Assembly (NCBI GenBank): GCA_002633005.1
Contig: NMRA01000275.1
Location: 103,336 to 167,335 of the forward strand
DNA: 64,000 nucleotides
Direction of reading: 5' to 3'
Source of the DNA: Phoronis australis
Lineage: Eukaryota > Animalia > Phoronida
Shown here piece after piece: positions 37,867 to 51,758 of this stretch. Position 1 is the first letter of the stretch; every line of letters starts with the position of its first letter. The position numbers and the translations under genes are program-made. The notes beneath the pieces were generated by a model. The model was not told the DNA's origin and searched no databases. It saw only the letters and a list, made by a program, of their open reading frames with translations.

Positions 37867-40800
37867 TAGGCAGTCCGTATAAAAACCAGTAGATTTTCAA
37901 AAATCAGTCTATACGTCAAAATTCAAAACAACTTCATGTTTTGTACATGGATAAGTATCTTAAGAAAAACCCAAATAACAAATTTTGTGCACTCAATGAC
38001 CCCTAATTTCTCCGCTGGAGCATGAGAACACAAATTGGCAGAATTGGGCATAGTAGCAGTCTCAAAAATTGTATGTTTTCAGCAACAAAAATGAGTAACA
38101 TACAAAATAGGTCAAAAGCTATATTTTGGTGGCTGAAATAACCAACGTATACACTGTGCATAATTCTGTGCCATTTATTAAAATCTGACAGTTTTGTGCT
38201 AGGCAGGGGAGATAATCCACGGACCTCTTTTGGGGCTAATTTTAGTGGCCGTTTTTGTGACCTTCGTACTGCCATAAAACACCTTGTAGCCTAATGTGAC
38301 GTTTCGAATATACAGTTAAAGAGTTAGTCTTGATGACTGAGCAATAAAAAATCTTGCCTCAACTTTACAGTTTAGAGAAAATTGTCTTGCAAAACTGTCT
38401 ATTTTCATAGTTTGGAAATGACGAGCAGAGTTTACAGACCATTTGAACAAAGTTTTGAGCAAGAAGTCTGCTTTAAATGGTTATAGAAATCGAATCTAAA
38501 CTCTTTCAAAGGAAAACAAGATGTTTTCTGGGTTTATTACGCGGCTAGTATCAAAACTGAACCCAATGACCTTTGCCCACTGAGGGAGTCCGTTGAGGTT
38601 AAGCTTGAGGTTATATAAAAATTGTACATGTAACCCTCTTGTTTTCTTCCATTTTTTTACATTATCAGGTTAATTTAAACGCTCTGTAGGACTTTTAAGT
38701 GGAAATAAATGCCTTTAAATTTAAACGAGTAAGAATTGATATTTGTGATGACTGGTTGTGAGAGTAGAAAGTGCATTTTAAAAAGACAAAATTGCGGACG
38801 ATGTCGATGGCCCTCCATGTTCTTTTAGAGTTTATTCTGCAAAAATGCGATCACAAAAGCTTTGTGCTTTAGTGAGTCATGTCCAAGACACCGCTGAACA
38901 CTGGAGATACAGGAGCAAGGCCTGTGCCAGAGTACGGACTCCTACTATCCCGAGTCGGTGAATTTCTGACTGAACAGGACCAGTCATGGAAGAGTCAGGT
39001 AATGCTGGATGTTACCATTCTGCTCCTTTCCTCCTGAACGTAGCAGCCTTGTCACATTCTACCGGCATTTCTGTTTCGAGATATGACATTAGTGCAAAAT
39101 GGAAAGGATCTCTGTGATCGCAAGATTGCTCCACTCAAACAACATGCGAAGTACTTTGTAGCCGAAGGTAACAATATCATAAACTTTCTGGATTTGAAAG
39201 AAACATTATTTTCCAGTGGCGGTGTGAAGGGATTTTATATGTATGCATGTTCATTCAATGCAACAAAGTCTTTTCCAAAATACTCAGTTCCTGGTATAAG
39301 CACATTCCCAAATTTCCACTATTCCACCCAAGGAATTCGAGTATGGAAATCACTCCATATAAATGACGGTAAGTGCTTACAAATACTGAGAAAATGGGAA
39401 AACCTATGTCTCTAAAATCCACTAAATCTCTAGACATGGCGAATTTTCAACACCAAGAGTTAGGGTTGGCATTGTATCTAGTGAAGAGCCTCAACAAACG
39501 TTCCCTTGTACCAAGCATGGTTGCTCGAAACTCGCAGAACTAGGTCAGTATTTGGATGTGGATAACCACGCCGAACATTTACAGAGGGACACCACGTATG
39601 ACCACATCGCACGACAGTGGTCAGTAATGCTTTCAAATGCAAGAACCGGAGCGTCATTTGAGGCAGCCTCAGAGTACAGTGTGGATAAGACGAATGCTGA
39701 AGCAATATGTTAGGCATTGAAAAAAGATAAAAGGTTAACAAGATTTTCAGTAAATGTTAAGAAATTTCTGACGAACATATTCCATGAAGGACATAAGTCA
39801 GGTAAAAACATTCACCCTCAGAAGTGCCAAAAGGGAGAAAATATTACGAAAACCCACTGGGAAAGTGTTTACCTGTAATGATTGGTTAAGTGAATCGCAG
39901 ATTGGTGGATTTTTTCGAGGTTGTCTGCAGCAATTTTGATGATGACGATGCTATTTCGGCTGAAGATGCTGTTATTTCGTCAGATTTACTGAATGAAGTG
40001 GTAAATGAGCTCAAAGTTTAGCCTAGTTTTGTATCATAACAACCAGTCAAAGATATGCGAAGCTCGCAAAATTAATGCTTTATTTGTCGTGTTTAGTTGC
40101 AGTATTTAGGACTGGTTGGTGATGGCCAGCAGCTGGTTTGTAGCAGTTTTGGATTGTTGATTTTCGATTCACTCGTATCGATCAGTGAGGGAATTTAGAA
40201 CGAAACTCGGAATGATAAAATGGACAATATCTACAGCTCAACTCAAGTAACTATATAGCCTTAACTTAGAGGATACGTTTACGAAAGTTTTTTAACCAAA
40301 TGTGCAGGAAAGTTATGTGGAGATATATGTCACGTGTCTGTAGTTGTGCTTGAGAGTCCACTAAAGTTGAAGTTTAGTTATTGGTTAGATTATTTTGTTA
40401 TGAAGAATATCAAGATGTGTTCATTCTTAGGTATTGGTATCATTTTATTAATTAGTGATCTGTTAGAAACACGATTAAATATAGACATCATGATTGTTTG
40501 GATGAATTGAAACAAGTGGGTGGCATCTGAAGGAGTATGAGTGGTAACTAGGAAGAGTTCAAGTCAGTATGGATGCTGACCAGGAGCTGAATGACTGACT
40601 GCTGAGGGCCAAATGAATAGTGGCCAGGGCCTTAGTCTTAGGTTGTAAGAGACAGAATGGTTCATCGCCGAAACGAGAGTAAGTTGCATCTTGGGTCAAA
40701 TTGGTAGCATCAATGGGCAGAAATCTGTGGCGGCCGAGTGCAAATTTGGTGAGTGGCAGTGGCTGAGGATTAGCAGGATGAGTGACAACCAGGGCAAAAT

Positions 40801-42415
40801 GTGACAGTGGCCAGGATAGAAACACGTGGTGGCTGAGTGGATGGTGGCCTGAGGAGCAGTTTGCCTATTGCTGAGGCAGAAAAGGTGCTGGCTTATTGTG
40901 AAATTGTGGTTGCCACTTCAGGGGCAAAATGTATCGTAGTAGCCGAGGGTGGAATGGTGGCCGTACAGTTATGAGAGCGAAAGAGAGACAGAGATATAGA
41001 TATGATAATAGCAACTTGTTTTTTAATCACAATTTGAGTTTTACCGTCCTCGTCATATACTATATCTAGTTTGCAGTTGAGGTGACAGTAGACAGTCCAT
41101 TGGCACAGCGAGCACCTTGGGCCCCACTGACCACCCCTTGCTACGCCACAGTCACTCAGTATGTTTGCTATGAAGTCGAGACCGTTACTTCTGTTTACTT
41201 CATGTCTGTCATGAGTCATTAATAAATTTGTCTCTCGTGAATTATTTTCTACTGACTGAGAATGTGTGCCTTTTTATACCATTGATGATCACACAGTCAG
41301 AAATATTCAGCTTTAGGGTGCCCGGTGTGTGGGGGGAACAACAGATTTCTGGTGACTGGTGGCGACTAAAATTTGTTGCAACCAGCAGTGGCATTACAAT
41401 ATGAACACAAAGTTGCAATGACTATTGATGAGTTGAATGATTGTTTTGCACTGAACAGGGGGCCATACCCCCTTGGGAGCCTTCCCTTGCCTGTGGCTCG
41501 AACAAGGAAGATAAAAAACAAGAGTAAGGCAGGGTTGAGTTCAGTAATATTAGAACTTCTCTAAAATTAATCCAAAACCACGTGTACTCATTTAAAATGC
41601 AGGGCAATATCTCGCGAAGTCTTGAATTATAGCAAGGTCCTCATGTTCTTATTCTAGGTGCGTCTTCAGTCTCCACGTAAACAAATGCAGCGCCATCTAT
41701 CATTTAGAAGCACGCATGCTAGTAGATTTACGTACATATTGTTTGTGATAACCAATAATAATCAATGCCGTTTTCAGAATGGTAATTAGTAATGTTGTCG
41801 GCCTTTTCTCAAAAATACAAGGTTTTTATTTGTGTTTTGCAAGCTAATTATGTGTTCCAAGGGCCCCCCATTGGTAGCAGAGGCAACTGAGAACATGCAA
41901 ATAGGAGGAAGTGCAGTTCGTGTAATGCCTCGTACGCAAAAACTACTTTAGAGGCAAGATTTTTTTATTTTAGATTATGAACAGGTTAGAAATGACTGAG
42001 CAAATTATTATAAGGTCAATTTCTGGAAAGGTGCGTTATGGCTGCTACGGAGTGCCAAATTTGGCCGAAAGGGTTTCAGTGAAAACCTGCAAAATAGCCG
42101 TTTTTGCCTCACAAAATCAAAACGTACAAATTTAAAAGTGGAGTTTGAAAGTTATGCCATTAGATTATTCAGTCATTGTCCTTTCAATTCGTATCACTCA
42201 TTTGTTTTGACCTTGCCATACATGCTAGTACATGCCTACTTCGACGCCCAATTTTGTTGCAAAATGGAGGTACATGTCATAAAAAGAGAAATAATGAATG
42301 AAAATTCTTAAAAAGTGAGGTTTTTCTATATCTCAACAAACCATGTGCTAAATTTCAAAAAAATCTATGATTTTGGGTATAGACTCTACCTGTTGGTATT
42401 TATATGGAGTCACTT
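37867..42415 (+). mobile_element. Decayed Sola3-like DNA transposon with long TIRs
   Basis: TTAA flanks and about 500-bp degenerate inverted arms (e.g. AAAATCTTGCCTC near 38348 versus GAGGCAAGATTTT at 41951). Transposase remnants: GNAGCYHS, GISVSRYD, QNGKDLCDRKIAPLK, SSGGVKG and C-terminal WLSESQIGGFF (about 38990-39930). The family assignment is from recalled motifs. Confidence 0.75.
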
Positions 42416-42455
42416 TTAATAGTTTTGGATTGAATCAAACCTTAAGTAATCTTAA

Positions 42456-44103
42456 AGGAGAATGCCACCCAAAAAACAACCTATTTTGTATCAATTTAGA
42501 TCGAGCAATTCTACTCGACAACAGCACGTTCGGTTGCGTTACCTGACACCTAACGGCAGACGGAGGTGTTGAAATTATCCAATGACGTCATTGGTTTCAC
42601 AGGCACGCAGTCTGTTCAGCAGTTCACAACACGGGTTATTGGTGTCAGCTTATCGCTTGAATACATCATTTAACACCAATAAATCACCAACTTTCGATGT
42701 AAAACACTTAAAAATACACCGAGTTCTTATCAAAACGTGTTTTCTTATTTCGCTGTTACGGATTTATTGGTATTTGGACACACCGTAGCCTACAAAGTTT
42801 GGCAGGCCAATTTACCAAGGTCCGTAGCAGGTGTTTGGGGTCTGTTCGGAGATAAATTCGAAGTATTCTTCTCTGTGTTGTTTAGACTTGTGATTTTTTG
42901 AGTTCCAAACACACAAAACGCTTGTTATCACGGCTAGTGGCTCGGAACCCGATCAGGCCAGTCGCGGCCGCCGGAACTGGCACGAACATAAACCAGCTTG
43001 AGTTGGAAACCGAACTCCCAGTCACGAAAAGACTATAACAGTGAGCCAAAAGAAATAATGTGCACGTCATTATTTATGTGAATTAGCCACGAAACTGAAA
43101 ATCTACTTACTTGTCGGGGGGCCGAGAAGTCGGGTTCCCCTTCCACAGACCGTCAGGGCAAAGGTTGTACAGTAACAATGATTTGAATAAAGTATTTGTA
43201 TTTCTAAATAAAGATTCAGCTAACATGTGACCATAGCACATAAAATCGAGTAATTGTTTCACAAACAGCTTTCTGTCAGCAAACACTGAATTAGCATGCG
43301 CTCACACGACCTCGTGTGCCCGGTAAATTACCTTTATCAGTTGCCGGCATCAAAAGCCGGTAACGCAGTGGTTTATTCATTGCTGGCTTCTCAACATTTG
43401 CACTCATGAATACTGCAAAGGCTTTACAAATTGTATCTAATGAGACAGACTTTGTTTCAGTTTTATATAAGCATTGGTTAGGATAAGAATAATTCATTTT
43501 GAAACAAAACGCAGAATAATATACGTCTTCATGGCAACTCGCCCGGCGCCAATCCCGACTTAGTCAAGAGCTCATCCGACGACGACTTCAAGGGTCGGAT
43601 CGTTAGGTTTCACAAGCTATCAGTTCGAACCGGAATACACGGATCATAAAATACTAGAGAGGTGCCGTGAACATACACAGGCAACGGAACGTATGGATAG
43701 TTCTTTGGTAAGCCGGAATTCGTAAGAGAAATCACTGTCGACGAAATGCCGGCCACAGACACGGAGATGTTTCACAGCCTCATACTTGCTATTAACAGCG
43801 TACCTTTCATTATTCACTACCGCGAGCCACTTCCTAAGCGTTTCGGGCACTCGAGGAAGTCGAAAAAACGATATACCCGCTTTCTTCGCAGCTTCATAGT
43901 TCGGACAAGCAAGAACGATGGACCGCAATATAGCGGCATTCACTCTGCAGATGAACCACTGACGTCGCTGCGTCGTTTTTCACATTCCTCACAGGTTAAC
44001 GCGACGCCTCTCGTCAAGGTGAGGTCCACGGTTTAAGAGGCGATGTGGATATAGACCGATTAAGACGGTAAAAAAGACTAATTAAGTAGGAGGGCATTCT
44101 CCT
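42456..44103 (-). mobile_element. Kolobok DNA transposon deletion derivative C
   Basis: TTAA|AGGAGAATGCC ... GGCATTCTCCT|TTAA. THAP remnant on the - strand at 43644..43943 (ISFFRLP...RKW...RVCGRHF). Convergent + strand YQFEPEYTD at 43618-43644 (KolX N-terminal motif). Confidence 0.88.
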
Positions 44104-44489
44104 TTAAAAGTACCGGATAAAACTTCAGCGGCTCTAAAAACTTCTTGTCAAAACAATTTTTTGTTTGTTTGGACAAAGTTTGGTGAAATGATTTACCAAT
44201 ATGAAAAAACAATTACTTGAAAATTTGTCATATTAATAATAATCTTTTAAACCAAGTTATTTTAAGAGATTTTATAAAGGATCTCAAATGGACCATCCGA
44301 GAACCGCCGAGTGAAAAACCTTGAATAAAATTTATCCTTTTGATTTTGTCTGGTTTATTTTTCCAAATGAAATTGTAAAATAATTTCTCTAGTATTTCAA
44401 CGATTTCATCCGGCGGTGAGAGCAGAGAGAAGATGAACCAACTTTGAAAGTACCAATGACTTAAGTACGGTAATACGTCCTAGAGGGGT

Positions 44490-45925
44490 TAAAGACCTCT
44501 TTGACCAAGTTCTTAAAACATTATGAATCTTCCTGATTTTTCCGGTGTAGTTAAAATGAATCACATTTGATAAATCGATATGGAACTTAATCTCAAGAAT
44601 ACTTATCGAATCCGTGCTCCAAGAAAGTTTTTAGTCCTCACAGAAAAATCTGTGGTCGAGTCTCATGGATCCAGTCCAGATACAATGGGTTTTGTCTAGA
44701 TTGTTTTGTCTAGATTGTTTTGTCTAGATTGTTTTGTCTAGATTGTGTTTTAAGCCCGAATATTTATGAATCTGATCTAAAAGACCGAGAGAATTTTTTA
44801 ACGATTCATTGGAACCACCCAGACAAAGAACTGTTTCGTCTGCATATTGAATATTGTTCAGTTCTAGCTGACCAGCATTCAATCCTTTTATATTATCATT
44901 ATGCCGAAATACTATAGCTACAATTTCGGCACATAAAATCGATAAATACGGAGAGAGAGAGGATCTCATTGCCTGCAAGCAGAGCCAATCTCAAAATAAT
45001 TCGAGTGTAACTATGATGAAAAGCGCATAATTTAGCTCCATTGTTTAAAATATAGGCCCATTTGATGACGTCTCAACCAAAATTGAAGACGCGTAAAATT
45101 TCATGTATAAATTTCAAAGAAACAGAGTCGTATACTTTTTCCAAATCGGCAGTAATAAGGAGCCCTGGAATGTTACTTTCTTCAGTAAATTGAATCAAAT
45201 CATGAATAGTTCTTGTGTTTTCACCAATGAGCCTACCTTTTATAAAGCCCGCCTGACTACGAGTAATTAAATAACTGATTACTGATCTAATGCGTTGGGC
45301 AATGCAGCCAGACAAGATTTTGTACCTGGTATTGAGCAGTGAGACTGTTCCCCAGGTGCCGAGGAATTTTCTAGGCTTATTTGATTTTAGTATAATACTT
45401 ATTATTCCTTGATGCTGACTGTCAGGTAAATGACCACGATCATAACTATTATTGAAAGATTGCACGAAAAAGACTGATAAATCTGCTCAGAAGAATTTAT
45501 AGAACTCTGTTAAGAAACCATCAGGGCCAGGCGTTTTATTATTTTTCATATTTTTAAAATATTTAGAGCTTCATTAATTGAGACAGGCTTATCAAATTTT
45601 TATTTTCACAGTTATCCATTTTTTATAATTACAGTGACCAAAATCAAATTAAAAATTTTGTAAGGAGTCATCTTTACAGGTATAGAACAATTTATAAAAA
45701 TTATGTATTTCGGTAAGCAATTCTATTTGATTTGAAATGAAATTGCCTTGGACAGTATTTAGTTTAGTAATATTATTATTTCGCTTTCTAAGTTGGAAAA
45801 ATATCTTGATGGTTTCTCACCATGCTCTATCCATTTTGCGCGAGAACGTATAATATGTTTTTTCAGTTGTTCTTCTCCATAACTTTCCAATTCTCTATTT
45901 GTCTTATCTAGAAGTTCATCTAGCA
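44490..45925 (-). mobile_element. L1/Tx1-clade LINE ORF2 fragment
   Basis: Motifs GIISIILK, SLLNTRYKIL, QAGFIKGRLIGEN, DLEKVYDSV, LSPYL and QYADET, with KTPGPDGF upstream. Frameshifted. Contains a 14-bp unit x4 at 44690-44745. Confidence 0.93.
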
Positions 45926-46106
45926 ATGGGGATTGGACCTGCTATGACAAAGTAAATAGAAAGGCTCATTTGTCCTCTAAATTCTTGTTAAAATTCTTAC
46001 TTTCAGTAAATTTTCTTTTTACAAAAATTAATAGTTTTATCTCTTGTTGTCAAATAGTCGATATTCAATGAAAATATCTGTTTTTTTGTTTCATGCTATC
46101 ATCAAG

Positions 46107-46238
46107 GTTGTCCCAAAGACAAGTATGGCCCGAGTTGTTCTTTGGTATGCCGCAAATGTGTCAATGGTGGAATATGCCATGATTCCATTGGACAGTGCGT
46201 GTGTCCACCGGGGTTTCATGGACCTTCTTGCGAACAAG
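46107..46238 (+). CDS. Tie-like receptor exon 4 (EGF-like 1)
   Basis: 132 nt, phase 1-1, donor AAG|GTATGT. Encodes GCPKDKYGPSCSLVCRKCVNGGICHDSIGQCVCPPGFHGPSCEQ, with the Cys spacing of Tie2 EGF1 (CEAQKWGPEC...[20 protein letters not shown]). Not in the ORF track in this frame. Confidence 0.92.
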
Positions 46239-48504
46239 GTATGTGCAAGTATCATTTGGAACTAATTGAATAATTCTGCGAGACCATAAACAAATGACGT
46301 TATGCGAGTCGCTCAACATTACTACTTGGCTGGGTGCAAATTCATTATTCTTTTTAAGATTATGAAGGATCTTGTTGAGCCAAATATCTACAAACTACAC
46401 ATTTTTGCTCAGTAAAAGCATTTTCTGAAAGTAAAAAGCCTGTAGAATTTGATTTTCGACTTTTTACCAATGTGTAATTAATTGGGTCACGTGATCATGT
46501 CTTTTTCGTAAAATTAAGTAAAAACAAGCGAAACAACGGCATCAATAACATGATTCAAATTTATCTGATATAAATGTTCAAGGTGAGATCTCAAAAACGC
46601 TGTTACAGTTTTCTAAAGTATTAGTTCGTTTTCGTTTCATTCATGAAAATCACAAAAGTCTTATTCTGGTAGCCCCTCACGCAAAAAATTAGCGTGTTGA
46701 AGAACAGTGCATAAATAATAGTATCTAAACGTTTCATATGAATCCAATTAGCTGTTTTTGACACATTAGGTCCTTAGCTCTATTTCAACCAATAAAGCAT
46801 AAAGATGGTCCAAGGTGATCAGTGCGACGAGCCTTCCTGAGCGGCATGTGTAGGTCTGGTACAACAATATTTTAAACTAGTTATTGAGATGTTGGGAGAA
46901 CATCTTATTCCAGTATTTAGCTATCCCTTATTCTTGATATAATGGAATCACAGAAATGATAATTCCACATTTCCCATAAATTTAACTTTTCGTCGCGCAA
47001 AAGAGAGGAATTTTCCTTGTTTCAGTTCATCGTGACGTTTGACCTTTCATTTGACCTTGACTTTGACCTTGCATCAATAAAATAATATCAGAAATGGACT
47101 GTCCGTCCCAGAAAATATTGGAAACCATAAATTTCAGGATCCTACACTGCACAAAGTGCAACCAAGTTAATTTCATTCTCCTAACCACATATAATAAATT
47201 TCGAAAAGAAAACTTTACAGGAAACAACATTGCAGGGTCAACTTTTCGGCAACTAGACTATATGACATGAAGAAGCCAAATTTAGACATTTTGCTGGAGT
47301 CCTGCATAACGTTAAATAGTTCGTCCTGAGTTGATTATAATTTATTAGTCTAGAACTTCGCACGTCGTCACATTTGTTCAAATAGTTATAACATATGTGA
47401 AATACATACACAAAATGTACCGAGAGTAGCGTACACGAAGTAATATCCCTCGAGACGTTATTTCGCGTATAGACCTCGGCCTTTGATCTTGGTCGATACA
47501 CGGAATAATGTCGCTTCGAATTCCTGAGATTTTTTCATTTTTTCCGCAGATTTTTTAAATACTTCACTCAGACTGTTCACGTGGCGGATCACACACTATA
47601 TGTATGTACTTGCGCGTTTGGTTGGCTGCAAGTTTTCTCTTGTAAAAGAAACAGTTTTAATTGTAAAGATTTATTACTTGAAAAGAGATATTAGAAATAA
47701 AAACAACGGTGACTTTGAAAGTTTGATGATCTAACACGCTAAAGAGTTGATACTGCCCTACCTTTTGAACTTTCCATGCCAGTGGTCACTGTTGAAGTAG
47801 TGCGGGAGGTGTACTTATACTAACTTGTAGGCGTCCATAGTAGTCCTATGTTGTGTAGTTCTGAATATAGTAGAATCGTTTTAGCGATTTCGAGTCAAAT
47901 GCAATGAGTGCTGGCGTAGGGTATCTGTTAATGCACATCCCTATCCAAATGACGCATCGACCGACACGTATAGACAAGAATGGACTACAATGTGTCGGCG
48001 AATTCTAGATTTGCTTTGCTGTCGTGATTGCATTTTTGCACGGTTCCGATGAAAACCATCCACTTAGCATCTTTAGGCAACAAATTATGGAATTGTTTCA
48101 AAATGGTTGCTAGGTTGGGTGTAAATTTACCGTAAAATTCGCAAGTTCGAGAAACGACCTCAGTTGCTTCAAACTTATCTGTTACGCTCATAATGAACAA
48201 GGCTGCGTCGTGCGCGACGGCCGCCAGGGAAACCAGACTAACAGTCTAATGCATTACCGTTCAACACTTTACTGGAATGTTTCATGTGGGTGAAATAAAT
48301 AAATCCATTTTAGAAAAATTTAGAAATGTTCTTCATCGTTTCTTATCGTTTTAATGTATCACTTAGGTTTGATCGCAGAGCGCTGAATTTATGATGGAAG
48401 TGCTTAACCTCATTTGTTTTGCGAATTCCCTGAAAGACGAATTAACCAATTCTGTCAGAAACTAATTGGAAACGTTTGTGAGCCATTTGACGCTTTCCTT
48501 TCAG

Positions 48505-48660
48505 CTTGTGGTACGAATACGTATGGAAGCACCTGCCAATATATGTGTGACGAAAATGAATTGGGAAATCCTAGAGCATGCGAAAAAAGATTGTTTTGTA
48601 TGAAAGATCCTTATGGATGCTCTTGTTACGCTGGGTTTAAAGGACTCGAGTGTATGGAAG
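48505..48660 (+). CDS. Tie-like receptor exon 5 (EGF-like 2)
   Basis: ttccttttcAG-type acceptor, AAG|GTACGT donor, 156 nt. Encodes ACGTNTYGSTCQYMC...LFCMKDPYGCSCYAGFKGLECME, which contains the Tie-characteristic FCxxDPYGCSC motif. Confidence 0.93.
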
Positions 48661-49111
48661 GTACGTGATAGTCCAAACTAACTTGAAAATACTTTTGTTT
48701 TATACCACTTACAGTAATGAACTTGGTTTGAAAAGTTTCCTTCTTAGTCAAACTGAAGATGAGTTGCGGGCTTCAAAACATCTGGCTCTTGGTTTTTTCT
48801 TAAGATTCGACTCTACAACCTAGTTGGCTTGTCGTTTTATGGTCAGAATGCTCGACGCAAAAAATGACACGTCATGACAATAACGAAATGTCAGGTTCTT
48901 TACAAACTCAAAAATCACCTTTCATCGTAGTAAGGTGTAAGTTGAGATGGATTCTATAACGATAAGAGGGCTGGTATGAATCATAAGTTTGCTTCTTAGA
49001 AGAAAGATGGTTCAAAGAAGAAGGCAGACGTTTTTAGTGTCATTTTGATTAAATTGCGATTTTCTTGGTGCCATTGATAAGTTGATTATATTCCCCGAGA
49101 GCTCCCATTAA

Positions 49112-49817
49112 AGGCGAAGGCAACCTTTTTCCATGTCATTTTGAGCTAAAATTAGGTTGGTTGGTTAGCCTAGACATATTTTCCACTTAATTACAGCTTT
49201 TCGTAATTTTATTAATTACTCGTCCGCTACTGCGGAAGTGACGTTTTAGGAGGCAAGAATTTCGCGCCAATTTCTTTTCATACAGTCTGACAGTGAGAGC
49301 TGCCGAGTCAGTCATTGTTCTACCTCGGTTGTGTTAAGTTCCGTCGTCGTTTGCTTTCATTCACTAGTCAGTCAACATGCCACACTGTTGCTGCGTACCG
49401 GAATTTACTAGTTATCGGCTCACGCGCGCTTTCGGAGTACCTTTCCATCGCTTTCCGATGGATGACACACTTCGCCGTACTTGGCTCGTTCGTGTGAAGA
49501 ACGCAGCGTTACCCGTCCATGCAACGTACAAAGCAGTGGAGAATTACCGTGTGTGTGGCAAGCACTTTCTGCCCTCCGGTTACGAAAGGGATTTGTACGC
49601 TGAACTGATGAAGGTCCCTGCGAAACAACGCCTGAAGAAGGATGCCATTCCGTCTGTGTTGATTCCCGGCAGTGCCCCGTCCCCACCCGCCGAGAAGTGC
49701 GTTTTTGAGGCCAGAAGCTTTGCGAGCTGTGGCCAGTACAGTGATTGGAGCCAGTGGAGGCACTTCATCTACTGTCACCCCGCCAGCTTTTTTCCACGCA
49801 CTTCGGATTGTGTTTGA
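49112..49817 (+). mobile_element. Kolobok left end, copy B, with uninterrupted THAP-domain ORF (49377..49817)
   Basis: TTAA|AGGCGAAGG terminus homologous to copy A. Encodes MPHCCCVP...FHRFP..LRRTW...RVCGKHF...YERDLYAELM...LKKDAIPSV. Right end not identified. Confidence 0.88.
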
Positions 49818-51758
49818 CATCGGATTACGTCAGTTTGTAGTATGTTGGACCGTAATATGCTTTTTACATAGTCTTAATCAGAATGCCTGGATGTAAGCAT
49901 TATAAGCTCTCGAGGTGCACAGGAATTAAGTCTCAACGTTTTAGTGGTTGACACAATCTATCGTAATTGGCTCGTTCGTATCAAGACTGCAGCGTTGCCC
50001 GTTCGCGACACGAATGAAGCGGTGCAAGACAATCGAGCCTGCGTCGCATAGCCTATTTCTTACGGTCGGATTACATGAGGGATGTGTACGCAGAGACCAT
50101 GAAGATGCCTGTACTCAACATGTTTTGGAGACCTTACCGTTAGTATTTCCCCTAGTTTCTCTGCTCCGTCGCTACCGGTTGGGAATGTTCTTGATACGCG
50201 AGGCGTCGTAAGCTGAAGAGACTGCAGTGACACAGGCGTTTGTACATTTACCGCAGACAGCAACCAGGACAGCTTCACCATGTACGTCTGCACGAGGTTC
50301 TTGTTTTTGTAGTAGCCGTCTCCTGACATTTCCGGTTCACTGCAGGTCACTCAACTGGGTTTGTTTTATATTTATGTAGGATCATCGGAGAATACTCGCT
50401 GTAAGCAAATAATAGCTGCATTTTTAAATATACAATCAACGGATGCTCACAATGAATCAGTGCATAGAAGAAGCTGGCGGGGAATGATTCAGGCTGTGAA
50501 CGTCCCTTCCGTAGTGACGCATCCATAGGTAAATAGAACTGGGGGGAATTCATCGTCTACGAAAAACAAACAAATCGTATTTGCACTAAGAATGGTTACC
50601 TTCTTGTGTAAGTGTTTGGTCACATCTCATAATGATCGCCTGAAACTTCACACTATATTAAGTGTGACTTCTGTTTTTGCTCCTAATGTCCAAGAAATGC
50701 GCAAATGAACATAATTCGTAAGTGCCCGTGTTTAGTAGAGAACTCATGATCAATTGTATAACTGTTACTGGGATTTTTTCTTTTGGTGAGAAAACTAGTT
50801 TCATGAAAAATATTAGCTAAAGAAGTGGGTAGTTTAGATTTCCTTTCTTCATTTATTGTAGTAATGTGGGGTCAGGATTAAATACTTCAGAAACAAACTC
50901 ATCAGTTACCTGTGGATGTGGTCATCATAGCTGTAACTCCTTAGTTTTCAGCCATTTCATTGTATATACCATATAAAAGTTTTAATTTATTTTTAATTCA
51001 ATTTGTAAATTTGATTTGTAACACATTCATTTTTTAGTAATTTAATGTAACCTAATTTATTTAATTTAATTTATTGCTGAGAAAGGACCATGCAGTATAT
51101 TAGCCTTTGGCTAAAGCATGATTTAATATCTATTGTATTTTATCCTCTATAAATAAAGTTTATTATTCGTTATTGTTATTGTTATGGAGATAAATACGGG
51201 AAACAATATCCGCATTACATTCGACTGATTTAAAGTGTATGGGTTAAATGGCTGATCTTCAGGAAGAGAGACACGGCTTGTGTAGTATAGGTTATTAGAG
51301 TGCCCTTGGCTACTGTGGTGCTCCTTGTGGCAAATTGGACTATCATCATGGCTGCACATATATTTATCAAGGTCTTTGCTGGTTCTTCATGAAGTTAGGC
51401 ATAAAGCTTTCTACTTAGAAAAGCACCATAGGTGTTGATTTTTGGAATGGTGTGACAACTGCAGGTCGGCCTTACTAAATACTATTTTTCATTGATCTTC
51501 GTGAAATTTGGCCTAACGAGAAAGCACAACTACCGTGGGAATTTGTGATGCACGCTGTGGGACATACTGTATCAACGCTCTATTTTTTTCTTGTATAGTT
51601 TTTACTGCAGGCAGTTTGGGTCATCACTCGAGGTTGTTCAGAACGACTGACGGGAGGTTTGGTGTTGTATAGGGATAAATCGCATTTTAATTTCTCTTAA
51701 CTCGTCATATTTAAGGGACTATAATTGTACGTCTTGCTGTATTTTTAAGTCTTTTCAG

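Noticed and set aside
49820-50350. Possible piggyBac-like remnants (NAWM on +, AVCGKC on -)
   Set aside because: The motifs are short, on opposite strands and in broken frames, so they cannot be supported without a search.
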